A program made the position numbers and the translations under genes. Of a DNA stretch of 64,000 bases, positions 40,667-64,000 are shown one piece after another. The notes beneath the pieces are model-generated. The model had not been told where the DNA came from. It was given only the letters and a program-made list of their open reading frames with translations, and ran no database searches. The stretch is from the human T2T-CHM13v2.0 reference genome, Homo sapiens, in NCBI RefSeq assembly GCF_009914755.1, contig NC_060948.1, one strand, 5' to 3'. The first letter of the stretch is position 1; each line of letters starts with the position of its first letter.

Positions 40667-40975
40667 TTATTTTTTATTTTACTTATTTATTTTTAGAGAC
40701 AGTTTATTGCTGTCAGTCAGGCTGGAGTGCAGTGGCTTGATCATAGCTTACCGGAGCCTTGACCTCCTTCACTTTAGTGATCCTCCAATCTCAGCCTCCC
40801 AAGTAGCTGGGACTACAGGTGCACACTACCATGCTTGGTTAACTTTTTTAAATTTTGTGGAAGCAGTGTTTTACTATGTTGCCCAGGCTGGCCTCAAACT
40901 CCTGGCCTCAAGCGATTCTCCCACCTTGGCTTCCCAAAATGCTGATATTATAGCTGTCATCCACTATTCCCAGCC
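40667..40975 (-). mobile_element. AluJ
   Basis: Reverse Alu with ctcctggcctcaagcgattctcccacc. Confidence 0.88.
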
Positions 40976-43000
40976 CCTATACTACATTTTAAAATAGGTT
41001 CCATATTGGAATGAATTTGATAAATATGGAATTGTTGCAGGGATTTTGTTTAGTTAAGCAAGGTACTGTGGGGCATGTAATCAGTAAGGAATTTTAAAAA
41101 ATTAAAATGGGCATGGTGACTTAGATTGATCTGCATTAGAAAAAATTAATTTGCCTCTTCATAAAAAATAGTTAGGCAGCAATTGTCAGATCAGTGAGGA
41201 TTTTCAGGAAAATTAATAAGGGATTCAGTTGAATTGATTTCCATTAGGCAAAATTAATTGGCCTCCTGGTCAAAATTAGTTAGGAGGTGATTATCATGAT
41301 TTAGACAAAGATTAATAAAAGTTTTATATAAAGTGGTTCTAGAGAAAATAGAAATTAGGGAAGATAGTGGCAAAATATGACAGAGCTTCTCTAGAATTTG
41401 GTGATTGTCTGCCTGTAAAAGAGGGAATATCAGCCTCAAAAAATATTTGAACTTGAGTGACTATGAGTAACATGTCTCATTCAACCAGGGTGAGGAGGTT
41501 GAAAAGGGGACTGTTTTTCTAGATAATGAATTGGAAGTATCATACAAATAGTTAAAAATAACAACCGAAATCCATTCAATATCACCAGATTCAGAAACAA
41601 TCACATCAAGATGTTTTTTCCTTTCTGTTATTTTAAAGTTCAGTTTCTTTAGCTGTTCAATATTTATTAGTATGTTTGAAGCCATAGATGCAAAGAGAAG
41701 AAAGCTTAGACTTTTAGGACAAAAATGAAACTGTAGCCAGGTACAAAAAGAATTTGGAGACACAGAGCAAAGTGTTGAAGGAAGTAAACTGGGAGTTTTT
41801 ATTTGGGTTTTGAGATCCAATTATTATAATCCCAAGCCTGCACTGATTGCAAATTGCTAAAAGGTTTATTAGCCTCCTATAAAACCTTCCTTAATTAGCC
41901 CAAACTGAGGCAATGCAGCTTCAAACAAGAAAATCTGCCTTTGTCAAAAAGTGCACACAAATCAACTTAGAGAACCGCAGGCCAGAAACAGTCCAAGCTG
42001 GCTTGCAAAACTGAACCTTTTACTGCTGAGACCCCACTGTGATTCATGGCCCATGGGGTCATCCAGCAGGAATTGGGGGCACCACAGCCCACTGCAAGGA
42101 AAGCCCAGAAATCATGGCTCCCTGTGGGTATTCACAACAAAGACTCACAGAGGTATGGAGACAACCTCAGGGTGCAGCTTTTACTGAGTCCATGGACATG
42201 ATTCAGACTCTGCTTCTCCTGCTGTCAGCCACAAAATCAGCACAAGAAAAATTAAGAAAGGTTAAAAAAATCGCGTTTGCTTTGCAAGAGAGGGGAGACT
42301 CAATGTGTTCAGTTTTCATCATCACAAATGGTATATGTTCAATGAGATGAAGGAAATTCTCATTAGTTGAAAGGTTTAATTGATCTTGGTGCAGCCTTAT
42401 GCCCACAAAACAACCTGCCACTGCCAATTAATTTGCCAGGATAAATAAAGCAAGCTAGGCCCGTTCAGGCTTGGTGCATGGCTTCAGTGTTAAGGGTGGA
42501 GCCCACAAAAGCTTGCACTTCTCCCAAATCTCTTTAAAGCTCTTTCCACATGCCTATAGAATGAATCACGCTGGAGCTGAAATCTCTAGTAAGTGCACTA
42601 GTAAAGTAAGAGGTCGAGATGTATTATATAGCTGTATGCAGTTACAGTCCATCAGAATTTTTATTTTATTTTTTGGTAACTGTAACGATGGGAGCACAAA
42701 GGAAGGTCAGGCAGAACAAGAAGTACTGCCATAAGATTTGAAACACCTTCATTATAATTTTCTCATTTTATTAGAAGATGTGTATTAACAAAAGTCATGC
42801 AACAACACATAACTAGATGAAGCCTGGATAAGAAAACATTCAGGAAGACAGCAGAGAATCCTATAATCAAAGTGATAAGAGGGCATTATTAAGGCAAAAA
42901 ATAATCCAAATAATATATATAAACACTTACCAATATTGTTGCGGTGTACAGTGTTGATGTTAAAGAAATGTTCGACAACCACATTAAAAAATAGGCAAAC

Positions 43001-43290
<290 letters not shown>

Positions 43291-43431
43291 AGGAAAAAAA
43301 TGGGAAAAGGATATGAACAGACACATCTAAAAAGAACACATACACACATATGACAACAAACATATAAAAAAACTCCATATTACTAATCATCAGAGAAATG
43401 CAAATTAAAATCACAATGAAATACCATCTCA
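43291..43431 (+). mobile_element. Older L1 (L1PB/L1MA) fragment, host of L1-D; resumes at 47852-48580
   Basis: cagagaaatgcaaattaaaatcacaatgaaataccatctca; continues after L1-D. Confidence 0.8.
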
Positions 43432-47851
<4,420 letters not shown>

Positions 47852-48580
47852 AATACCATCTCATACCTGTCTCATATTTCCGATATGATTAATAAGTCAG
47901 AAAGCAACAGATCCTCACAAGATTGCAGAGGAAAGGGAACACTTACATGGTTGGTGGAAATGTAAATTAGGCCAGCTTCTGTGGAAAGCCGTTTTGAGAT
48001 TTGTCAAAAAACAAAAACAGAACTACCATTCGACCCAGCAATCCCATTACTCTGTATATGCTCAAAGGAATATACATTGTTCTACCATAAAGACACATGC
48101 ATGTGTATGCTCATTGCACCACTATTCAAAATAGCAAAGATATGGGATCAACTTAGATGCCTCTTAAGAGCAGACTGAATAAAGAAAATGTGGTGAATAT
48201 ACACTTTGGAATACCATTAAACCACTAAAATAATGAGATCATGTTCTTTGCAGCTACATGGATGGAGCTGGAAACCATTATTCTAAGTGAATTAACACGG
48301 GAACAGGAAACAAAATACCGCATGTTCTCACTTATAAGTGGGAGCTAAGCATTGAGTACACATGGACAGAAATGTGGGAACAATATACACCAACACCTAC
48401 TTGAGGGTGGAGGGTGGGGATCAGAAAACTACCTATGGGATACTACACTTCTTACCTGGGTGACAAAATAATCTGTACACAAAAAACCTATACGTGCAAT
48501 TTATCTATTTAACAAACCTGTACATGAACTCTCTGATCCTAAAATAGAAGACGGAGAGAAAAATAAATAAATAAATAAGT
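47852..48580 (+). mobile_element. Older L1 (L1PB/L1MA) ORF2 end and 3'UTR
   Basis: gaactaccattcgacccagcaatccc..catgttctcacttataagtgggagctaag..A-rich tail. Confidence 0.82.
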
Positions 48581-49705
48581 AAACATATAAGATTTAGATG
48601 AATGCTATATTTTACAACAAATGAAATACATATACTATTAGCAATGCAGAAATAAAGTTTTTGTTCAATTGTGCATTGAACAATTATAAGGTGATTTCTG
48701 CAAAAGATAAGGCTACAAAATATGTCGGTTTTTCGCAGAGGTCATTGAAAAACTACTAAGATAATATTAACATATTTTATATAAATGTAGAAAAGTATAG
48801 AAAATATTTCATTCCAATGTATATTCCATTTTAATATTATATATATAATGTCATATTTCTAGATGTTTTATATGTTTCAAGGTAGATATAGATATTGGTA
48901 TAACAAAGATACATAAGTTTTCATGGCTCAATAGTTCATTTCTTTTTAGCACCGAGTAATACTCCATTGTTGATAAACTGATGATGAGGAAGCCCATACA
49001 TGCATAGGCACGGGGGTCTGGGGAACTCTCAGTACCTTGTGTTCAGTTTTGCTATGAACTTAAAACTGCTGTAGAAAATAAAGTTTATTTAAAAATATTT
49101 ACCAATCAAGCTAAATTATGAAAAAATAAATTTTGTTAAATCTAAAATATTTACCTTCTCAAAAAATGTATAATGTCATCTCCTTTGCTGAGACAAAGGG
49201 GAAAAATTAATTATTTTCTAAGAAGTGTGGGTAGGAAGACTCTCCTCTTTAGGTCTCTAAAACCTTTTTGTCTGTTCCTTCTGTATGAGCAGAACTTTGG
49301 TTGCCTGGCTTCCCCCATCACTAGGCCATGTGGCCAGACAAAAGAAAGAGCAAATTCCTGAATTAAGTATTAGTTCCTTCCCCTGCTATTGGAGCCATGG
49401 TGGAGTGAAAAGTGCTTTTTACAATGGAAAGGTGCAATGTTGAGTCAAACTTTTCTATTTATTCAGTTGACATCCTCTGAAGAAGCACCATAGTAAAGCT
49501 TGTGCTTCTGCAGAACGTGGACTAAAATTAGAATAAATGTGCAGTTCCTGCTGGTGTATGTCCAGCATTAGATGTCCCTCATGGATAAACTTACCAAAGA
49601 GAAACAGAAATCTGAGTATTTAATACATCTATCTTAAAAGCAAAACCCAATTATCACCAGTTTTAAATTTCCCTCTTTAAGAGAATTTCAAAAACAATTA
49701 CATAT

Positions 49706-49716
49706 GATATATATGT

Positions 49717-49762
<46 letters not shown>
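49706..49762. repeat. (TA)/(TG)16 microsatellite at an Alu tail
   Basis: Directly visible. Confidence 0.92.
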
Positions 49763-49763
<1 letters not shown>

Positions 49764-49764
49764 C

Positions 49765-50041
49765 TTTTTTTTTTAGAGTTTGGCTTGTTGCCCAGGCTGG
49801 AGTGCAGTGGTGTGATCTTGGCTCACTGCAACTTCCACCTCTGGAGTTCAAATGATATTCCTGCCTCGGCCTCCTGGGATTACAAGCACCCACCACCACA
49901 CCCGGCTAATTTTTGTATTTTTAGTAGAGATGGGGTTTCTCCATATTGGCCAGGCTTGCCTCAAACTCTTGACCTCAGGTGATCGGCCTGCCTCAGCCTC
50001 CCAAAGTGCTGGGATACAAGCATGAGCCACCATGCCAGGCC
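49765..50041 (-). mobile_element. AluS (Sx-like)
   Basis: Reverse Alu dimer. Confidence 0.9.
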
Positions 50042-50332
50042 AAAAAATGCGATTATATTTTGAAAAAATACTCAGATTCCCTATTGTTTTATTTGTAAGC
50101 ATTGTTGTATCCATGTGACTTATGTCTGATTCCTCAGAAGTAGACCCTGAGTGGAAGGGCTCCCAAGAAACCTGTAGGAATGTTGGTGGAACCATCCAGG
50201 GTGGGGGAGGGGAGAAACATAAATCAAGCAAGGTGGGATCTCAGGCCAAGTTGTAGGGAATGAAAGTTTCATTTTGCATGACTTAAATCAGTGCCTGCAC
50301 ACAATCTTTTACACATTTTAAAAACAGTTAAT

Positions 50333-58673
<8,341 letters not shown>

Positions 58674-58674
58674 A

Positions 58675-58884
58675 AAAGCAGGAAACAGAAATAAGAATGG
58701 AAGGATCTCCAAGATATTACTAAATAAAAGACAGGAAAATGTAAAAAAAAATCTTGTTTTATAATTAGCTTTATAATGCACAATCACACATTTGGCAGAT
58801 TTATGTAGCGCCTAAATTTTCCACTTTGAATCACTATCATGCCAATTATATTAAAGAGATATTCCTGAAAAAAATAAAAAAAAA
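58675..58884 (+). other. 3' transduced sequence of L1-E
   Basis: Non-L1PA DNA between the L1 3' end and a second poly(A) at 58868, with ATTAAA at 58850-58855, followed by the TSD. Confidence 0.72.
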
Positions 58885-59042
58885 AAACACAGTTACCATC
58901 ATTTTATCTCAGCATTCTGTGTGCAATTAACAGCAATTTTCTCATAATTAACTAATGGATTCTCTTCATGAGTTCACTCCCAAATTGTTGGCCATATCTG
59001 GTATCTAGCCTAGAATCCATCATTTCTGCACAGAAAGATAAA

Positions 59043-59372
59043 TGTGGGGGTCTGTCCTACCAATGCTGACCCAATGAAGTATGAATAATGTGCACTGACA
59101 CAAATAATCTGTTTTGCCAGTCGAGCGGAGCTAAGAGGCTGCTTACAGACTCCAAGCAGAGTGCTGTAAAGAGTAGCAGCTGCAACAAGCTAGTTAGATA
59201 AACTACCCCAAATTCCTTTGTATCTACTTTAATCTGTTTAACTAAAGGTAAAAGGACTAGGCTGCCTTCAGCCAAATATATTACTAAAGTTATGCAAACT
59301 CTCAGGCCTTCCAAGAGGGTTTGTGGCTATTATAACTAAAATTTTTCCCAGCAGCCGGACTGAACTCCCAGT
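59043..59372 (-). mobile_element. LTR22-family (HERV-K HML-5) solo LTR, internally shortened
   Basis: Reverse strand starts TGGGAGTTCAGTCCGGCTGCTGGGAAAAATTTTAG and ends GACAGACCCCCACA; ataaa on both flanks. Confidence 0.7.
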
Positions 59373-59703
59373 ATAAAATTTCAGTTTTTTTCCAATTTGT
59401 TGATATATTACTCCATTCCTCCCTCATAAATTTTCATGCTAAGTTTTCTAAAGCTTGGTCCCTAAATTATGTCCTAGGTATAGAAGAACCAAGAACAGGT
59501 AATATATCATGTTCCTTAGCCCACATGTGGTTATCTGGACCTGTTATATGGTCTTGTCTTGCTGATCACCTAGTTTTATTCTTGAAAAGTAAGTTCCCTT
59601 GAATCTACTTTTCCAAACCTTTACTCATTCTATGGTCTTTGTAAAAAGGATTTCTGCACTTTTCATAGTACTGCAGAGCTACATCTTGAATTATAAACAC
59701 ACA

Positions 59704-60292
59704 TGTAAAATCATCTGCATAAACTTTATAAAATTTATCAGGGAAAAAAGAATGGGGAGAAATGAAAATAAATCAACCTCACAGGACACTCAACATTCAT
59801 CCTAAGGGCAGCCTATCCCCTTGACCTTCTTCGTCATAGTTGTTTGGTGCCTCTTGTCCTAGAATCACATAAACCGTAGATTAGAGTTCCCTTAACTGCT
59901 CTGTAGATAACGACTTCAACGTTATGAAACAAGTTTTCCCTTTGAGATTTTTTTTCAGGTCCTGCATACTGATGAAACTACTAATGCCAGCTGGTCTGAA
60001 GGATACCACAAGAAGCTAACTCACCAAAGAATGCAGTTTCCATATCCTGAGGATTTTATGCTCCTTACCCTAAGCAGTCAATGACCCTAATTTCCCAGCC
60101 TCTTATCCTCTACAATCCCCTGAAAAACTACAGCTCAGAACTCCACAAGGAGACAGATTTGAGGGTTTCCTCCCATTTTCTCACTCAGTGTCCTACAATT
60201 ATTAAGCTCTTTCTCTGCTGCAAACCCTGCTGTCTCAGAGTATTGGTTTTTTTACTGTACAGTGGACATTCGGACCCAGTGGTCCCATAACA
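59704..60292 (+). mobile_element. ERV1-class solo LTR (LTR54/MER39-like)
   Basis: TG...CA ends, 4-bp TSD caca/cata, aaactttataaaatttatcaggg motif. Confidence 0.65.
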
Positions 60293-60437
60293 CATAGTTC
60301 AAGACAGATGTTGTTGAGTAAGTCAGGTCCTGCTTGTATGCACACAAAGTTTCAAAAGAGAGAAGGCTGTAAGATTTCTTCATTGGCTACAAATAAAATG
60401 TCTTAGAAAAAATCCCATGTTACTTACTTCAGTCTTC

Positions 60438-60620
60438 CCAGTGGTTATCAAAATGTGGTACCTGGACCACCCTCATCAGCATCACCTGGGAATTTGTTAG
60501 AAATGCAAATTCTAAAATCCTTCCTTAGACCCAATAAATGAGAAAGAGTGGGATCCAGCTTTGTGTGTTTCAACAAGCCCTCCTTAGTTCTAATCCTCTC
60601 TCAACATTGAGAACCACTGG
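60438..60620. mobile_element. MER5A
   Basis: cagtggtt..cagcatcacctgggaatttgttagaaatgcaaattct..gagaaccactg. Confidence 0.85.
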
Positions 60621-60920
60621 TTAGGACTACAATTTCTCTCACCAAATCTCATTCAGATCATGACCTAATTAGCAAACAAGACTACGAGTCATTCCTGGAC
60701 CGACCTGACCTTTTTCTTTATATATACCAAAGCTTTCTGTGTTTCAGCTGACTAAATGAGTGGAATTCAGTATGGAGCAGCCAGTTTATGAGGACACTGT
60801 GAGGATTTAACATATTACGGTGGGGTTGCAGATTAAATCCACACAGGGACTTAAAAAAAATGGAAACATTACAATATAAGATACAGAGATGAAACACTTC
60901 CAGGCTTTAAGAAAATGTAA

Positions 60921-61245
60921 GGCTGAGCACAGTGGCTTATGCCTGTAAATCTAAGCACTTTGGGAGACTAAGGACAGAGGATTGCTTGGGGCCAGGAGTT
61001 TAGACTAGACTTGAGGCTAGTTAAGGCAAAAAAGTGAAACCTTTTGTCTACAAAAAAAAAAAAAAACTAAAAATTTACTTGGGTGTGATGTCATGTGCCT
61101 GTTGTCCCAGCTACTGGGTAGGCTGAGGCAGGAGGATGACGTGAGCCCAGGAGTTTGAGGTTGTAGTGAGCCATGATTGCACCATTGCTCTCCAGCCAGG
61201 GGAACAGAGCAAGGTCCTGTCTGTAAAATAATAATAATAAAATTT
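60921..61245 (+). mobile_element. AluJ
   Basis: Diverged Alu dimer. Confidence 0.88.
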
Positions 61246-61368
61246 TACAAAGAACAAAAGAGGATATCTAACAAAATTGAAAGAATGGTATCAGAATATA
61301 ACTTGGGCAAGGTATAACTATATAAATAAGAAGAGGTAGTGGTCCACAGCCTACTTTCTAAACCTCTG

Positions 61369-61636
61369 AGCAGTCAATGATCCCAATTTCCTGACCTCTT
61401 ATCCTCTACAATCCCCTGAAAAACTACAGCTCAGAACTCCACAGGGAGACAGATTTGAGGGTTTCCTCCCATTTTCTCACTCAGTGTCCTACAATTATTA
61501 AGCTCTTTCTCTGCTGCAAACCCCGCTGTCTCAGAGTATTGGTTTTTTTACTGCACAGTGGACATTCAGACCCAGTGGTCCTATAACACATAGTTCAAGA
61601 CAGCTGTTGTTGGGTAAGTCAGGTCCTGCTTGTATG
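61369..61636 (+). repeat. 268-bp direct duplicate of 60073-60340 (LTR 3' part plus flank)
   Basis: Near-identical sequence visible by direct comparison. Confidence 0.93.
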
Positions 61637-61723
61637 TCTCCCCATTCAGCGAGCTGCAAATAACAACATACACCTGTAAATCAGAGTCAAGTGAGTTTCA
61701 TTAATGACTAACTCAAGGCTCCT

Positions 61724-61809
61724 TTAACCTATTTACAACCAAGACGGTGGCCCACTGTGAGTCTCATGAGTCTCACAGTGGGCCGCCATCTTTGTTGTAA
61801 ATAGGTTAA
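61724..61809. mobile_element. Palindromic piggyBac-type MITE (TTAA-flanked; possibly MER75-group)
   Basis: 43-bp arms, no spacer, 4 mismatches, TTAA at both ends. Confidence 0.65.
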
Positions 61810-62294
61810 TGACTCCAAGGATCATTTTTTCAGACTTGCACTCTCTTTCATGGTGAATGTGTTTTATAGCATTCCTTTTTACAAAAATGTAATGAAAACT
61901 ACTGATAATGAACACTGACAATGAATGCTCAAATAATTTTCAAACATGTATTTGAGGCTGTAACTGTAATATAAAACAGAAATGTAACAGAAAAGCAACT
62001 TCTCTTATTTTAAAACACTACGGCATTTTAATAGGTAAATGGTAAGGTAGGGATGGAAAAAAAGACCCACAGGTTTGCTTTAGATAGAATCATTGAGATA
62101 GATACCAGAACTGCCAACACTTGTGTGTTGTGTTGGCAACTCAAATAGCAGCAGGAGGATTTCCATAGATAGTGTTTTCCAAAGTGGTGACTAGTTCTTG
62201 ATCAGGTTCTGATCGAAGCAACTGACTGCAGTCCTCTGTTTCCACTGGTTTGCTTTCTTGTGAATTTCATCTTGTGAATTAAAACTGTTCAAAC

Positions 62295-62440
62295 GTGGAT
62301 GGAACTGGAGGTCATTACATTAAGTGAGATAAGCCAGTCACTGGAGAACAGCACATATTCTCACTCCTGTTTGGGAACTCAAAAAAGTGGAGCTCATGTA
62401 GATAGAATGTAGAATGGGGATTACCAGAGTCTGGGGAGAG
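62295..62440 (+). mobile_element. Old L1M 3' fragment
   Basis: tggatggaactggaggtcatt..taagtgagataagccag. Confidence 0.7.
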
Positions 62441-62899
62441 AAGTCTCACAGTGGGCCACCATCATGAGTCTCAAAATGGGCTGCCATCTTAGTGGTAAAT
62501 AGGTTAATAGAGACTTGCTTTAGTCCTTGATGAAACCCACTTGAATATGTGTTGAATACCTAGAATAGACAGCCACAGTAGGTGTCCATTAATTTCAAAA
62601 ATTAGTATTTGCAAGCAAATTTATTCAGATGAGAAGTCTTCATGAAAACTAACCTTCTTGGGTAAGCAGGATGAAGCTGTTTGTGAGTATAACAGTGAGT
62701 CATTGAATGAATATATTCCTACCTAATAGATTATAACATGTCCTAGCTTATTGAGGCAAATTATAAAAATATTATTAAGAACAACCATTTATCACACAAT
62801 GTTTGGACTATTGCAAATTTCTTGTTTCTTGCTGTCAAAATTAAATCTATGGCATGTACTCAATGATCCTTCATGGAGGGAACTCCCCTTACTATTTTT

Positions 62900-63690
62900 A
62901 ATTTTCAGTTTATTTTTAACAGACAAATAATAATTTCATGTATTTATGCATTAAAAGGTGATTTTTTACACATTTATACATTGTGGATTTAACAAATCAT
63001 GCTAATTAAAATAATCATCACTTCACATATTTGTTATTTCTTTATGGTGAGATCATTTGAAATCCAATTCTTAGAGCAATTTAAAAATATACAGTATATT
63101 ATTAACTACAGTCACTGATATGGTTTGACTCTGTGATTCCACTCAAATATCATGTCAAATTGTAATCCCCAGTGTTGGAGGAGGGGCCTGGTGAGAGGTG
63201 GTTGAATCATGGGAGTGGACTTCCTTCTTGCTCCTCTTGTGATAATCAGGGAGTTCTCATGAGATCTGATGGTTTAAAAGTCTGTGGCACTTCCCCCCTC
63301 ACTCCTTCTCTCTCTCCTCCATCACCATGGTAAGACATGCTTGCTTCCCCTTCATCTTCCAACAAGATTGTATGTTTCCTGAGGCCTCCCCAGCCATGCC
63401 TCCTGCATAGCCTGCAGAACCAGGAGCCAATTACACCTCTTTTATGTATAAATTACTCAGTCTCACATAGTTCTTTATAGCAATGCCAGAACAGACAAAT
63501 ACACTCACCTCATTGTGCAACAGATCACCAGAACTTATCCTTCCTGTCTAATTGAAACTTTGTACCCTTTGAAAAATATACACGGCATATCCCCATCCTC
63601 TACCATCCACCATTCTACTCTCTAGTTCTGTGTGTTTGACTTTTTTAGTTTCCACATATGAGGGAGGTTATGCAATTTTTGTTTTCCTGC
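62900..63690 (-). mobile_element. L1MA 3' fragment interrupted by an MST LTR
   Basis: attattaactacagtcac | ctcacc..gaacttatccttcctgtctaattgaaactttgtaccctttg. Confidence 0.7.
63116..63503 (+). mobile_element. MSTA-like (MaLR) solo LTR
   Basis: tgatatggtttg..tgtaatccccagtgttggaggagggg..aataca; 5-bp TSD gtcac/ctcac. Confidence 0.88.
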
Positions 63691-63871
63691 CAACTTCCGG
63701 GGCATGGAATGGTATGTGGATGGCAGACATACCCCAAATTGGCTACAGAGCTCTGAGGAGAAACCTTGAAGACAACTTAAGGGCATTTTGGAATCTGGCT
63801 CTGAGGCACACAGCAGGCTTAATGGGTCTTTAATCACAACCATTGGAGAACCAGGATAATATTCCTCCCTG

Positions 63872-64000
63872 CCTTTGTCCACTTGGGCTTCTATAATAAA
63901 ATATCATGCACTGAGTGGCTAAAGCAACAATCATCAATTTCTCATGCTTCTGGAGAGCGGAAGTCCAAGATATGGATGTCAGCAGACCCAGTGGCTGGAA
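63872..64000 (-). mobile_element. MaLR LTR fragment (MLT1A/MST-like), runs off the window
   Basis: ctgagtggctaaagcaacaa..tttctcatgcttctggag..gaagtccaagat. Confidence 0.6.

Noticed and set aside
41950-42750. Short ORFs in unique sequence
   Set aside because: No recognisable homology or splice-consistent exon structure
62112-62138. 9-bp stem tgccaacac/gtgttggca
   Set aside because: Short enough to arise by chance in 64 kb

Overview
Primate (human/great-ape-like) non-coding DNA with no supportable host exon, RNA gene or intact ORF. About 55% of the window is LINE-1 from the L1PA lineage: L1-A (1-5403, -), L1-B (8515-14533, -), L1-C (18320-26712, -, carrying two nested L1s, C1 and C2), L1-D (43432-47851, 5'-inverted) and L1-E (50333-58673, +, with a young nested segment E1 and a 3' transduction). 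The rest is Alus, MaLR/ERV LTRs, MER20/MER5, a palindromic piggyBac-type MITE, old MIR/L2/L1M fragments, a GATA/GGAT complex repeat and a 48-bp minisatellite. The main unexpected signal is that L1 copies of different ages and orientations, most with their own TSDs, share an interleaved patchwork of non-consensus variants. These include identical inactivating lesions (a +2 frameshift, nonsense codons, a 4-bp deletion), which points to repeated post-insertion L1-to-L1 gene conversion. Sharing is densest between the nearest inverted pair (D/E). Comparisons were made by eye against the other copies in the window and my recollection of L1 consensus sequences; subfamily calls and some boundaries are approximate.
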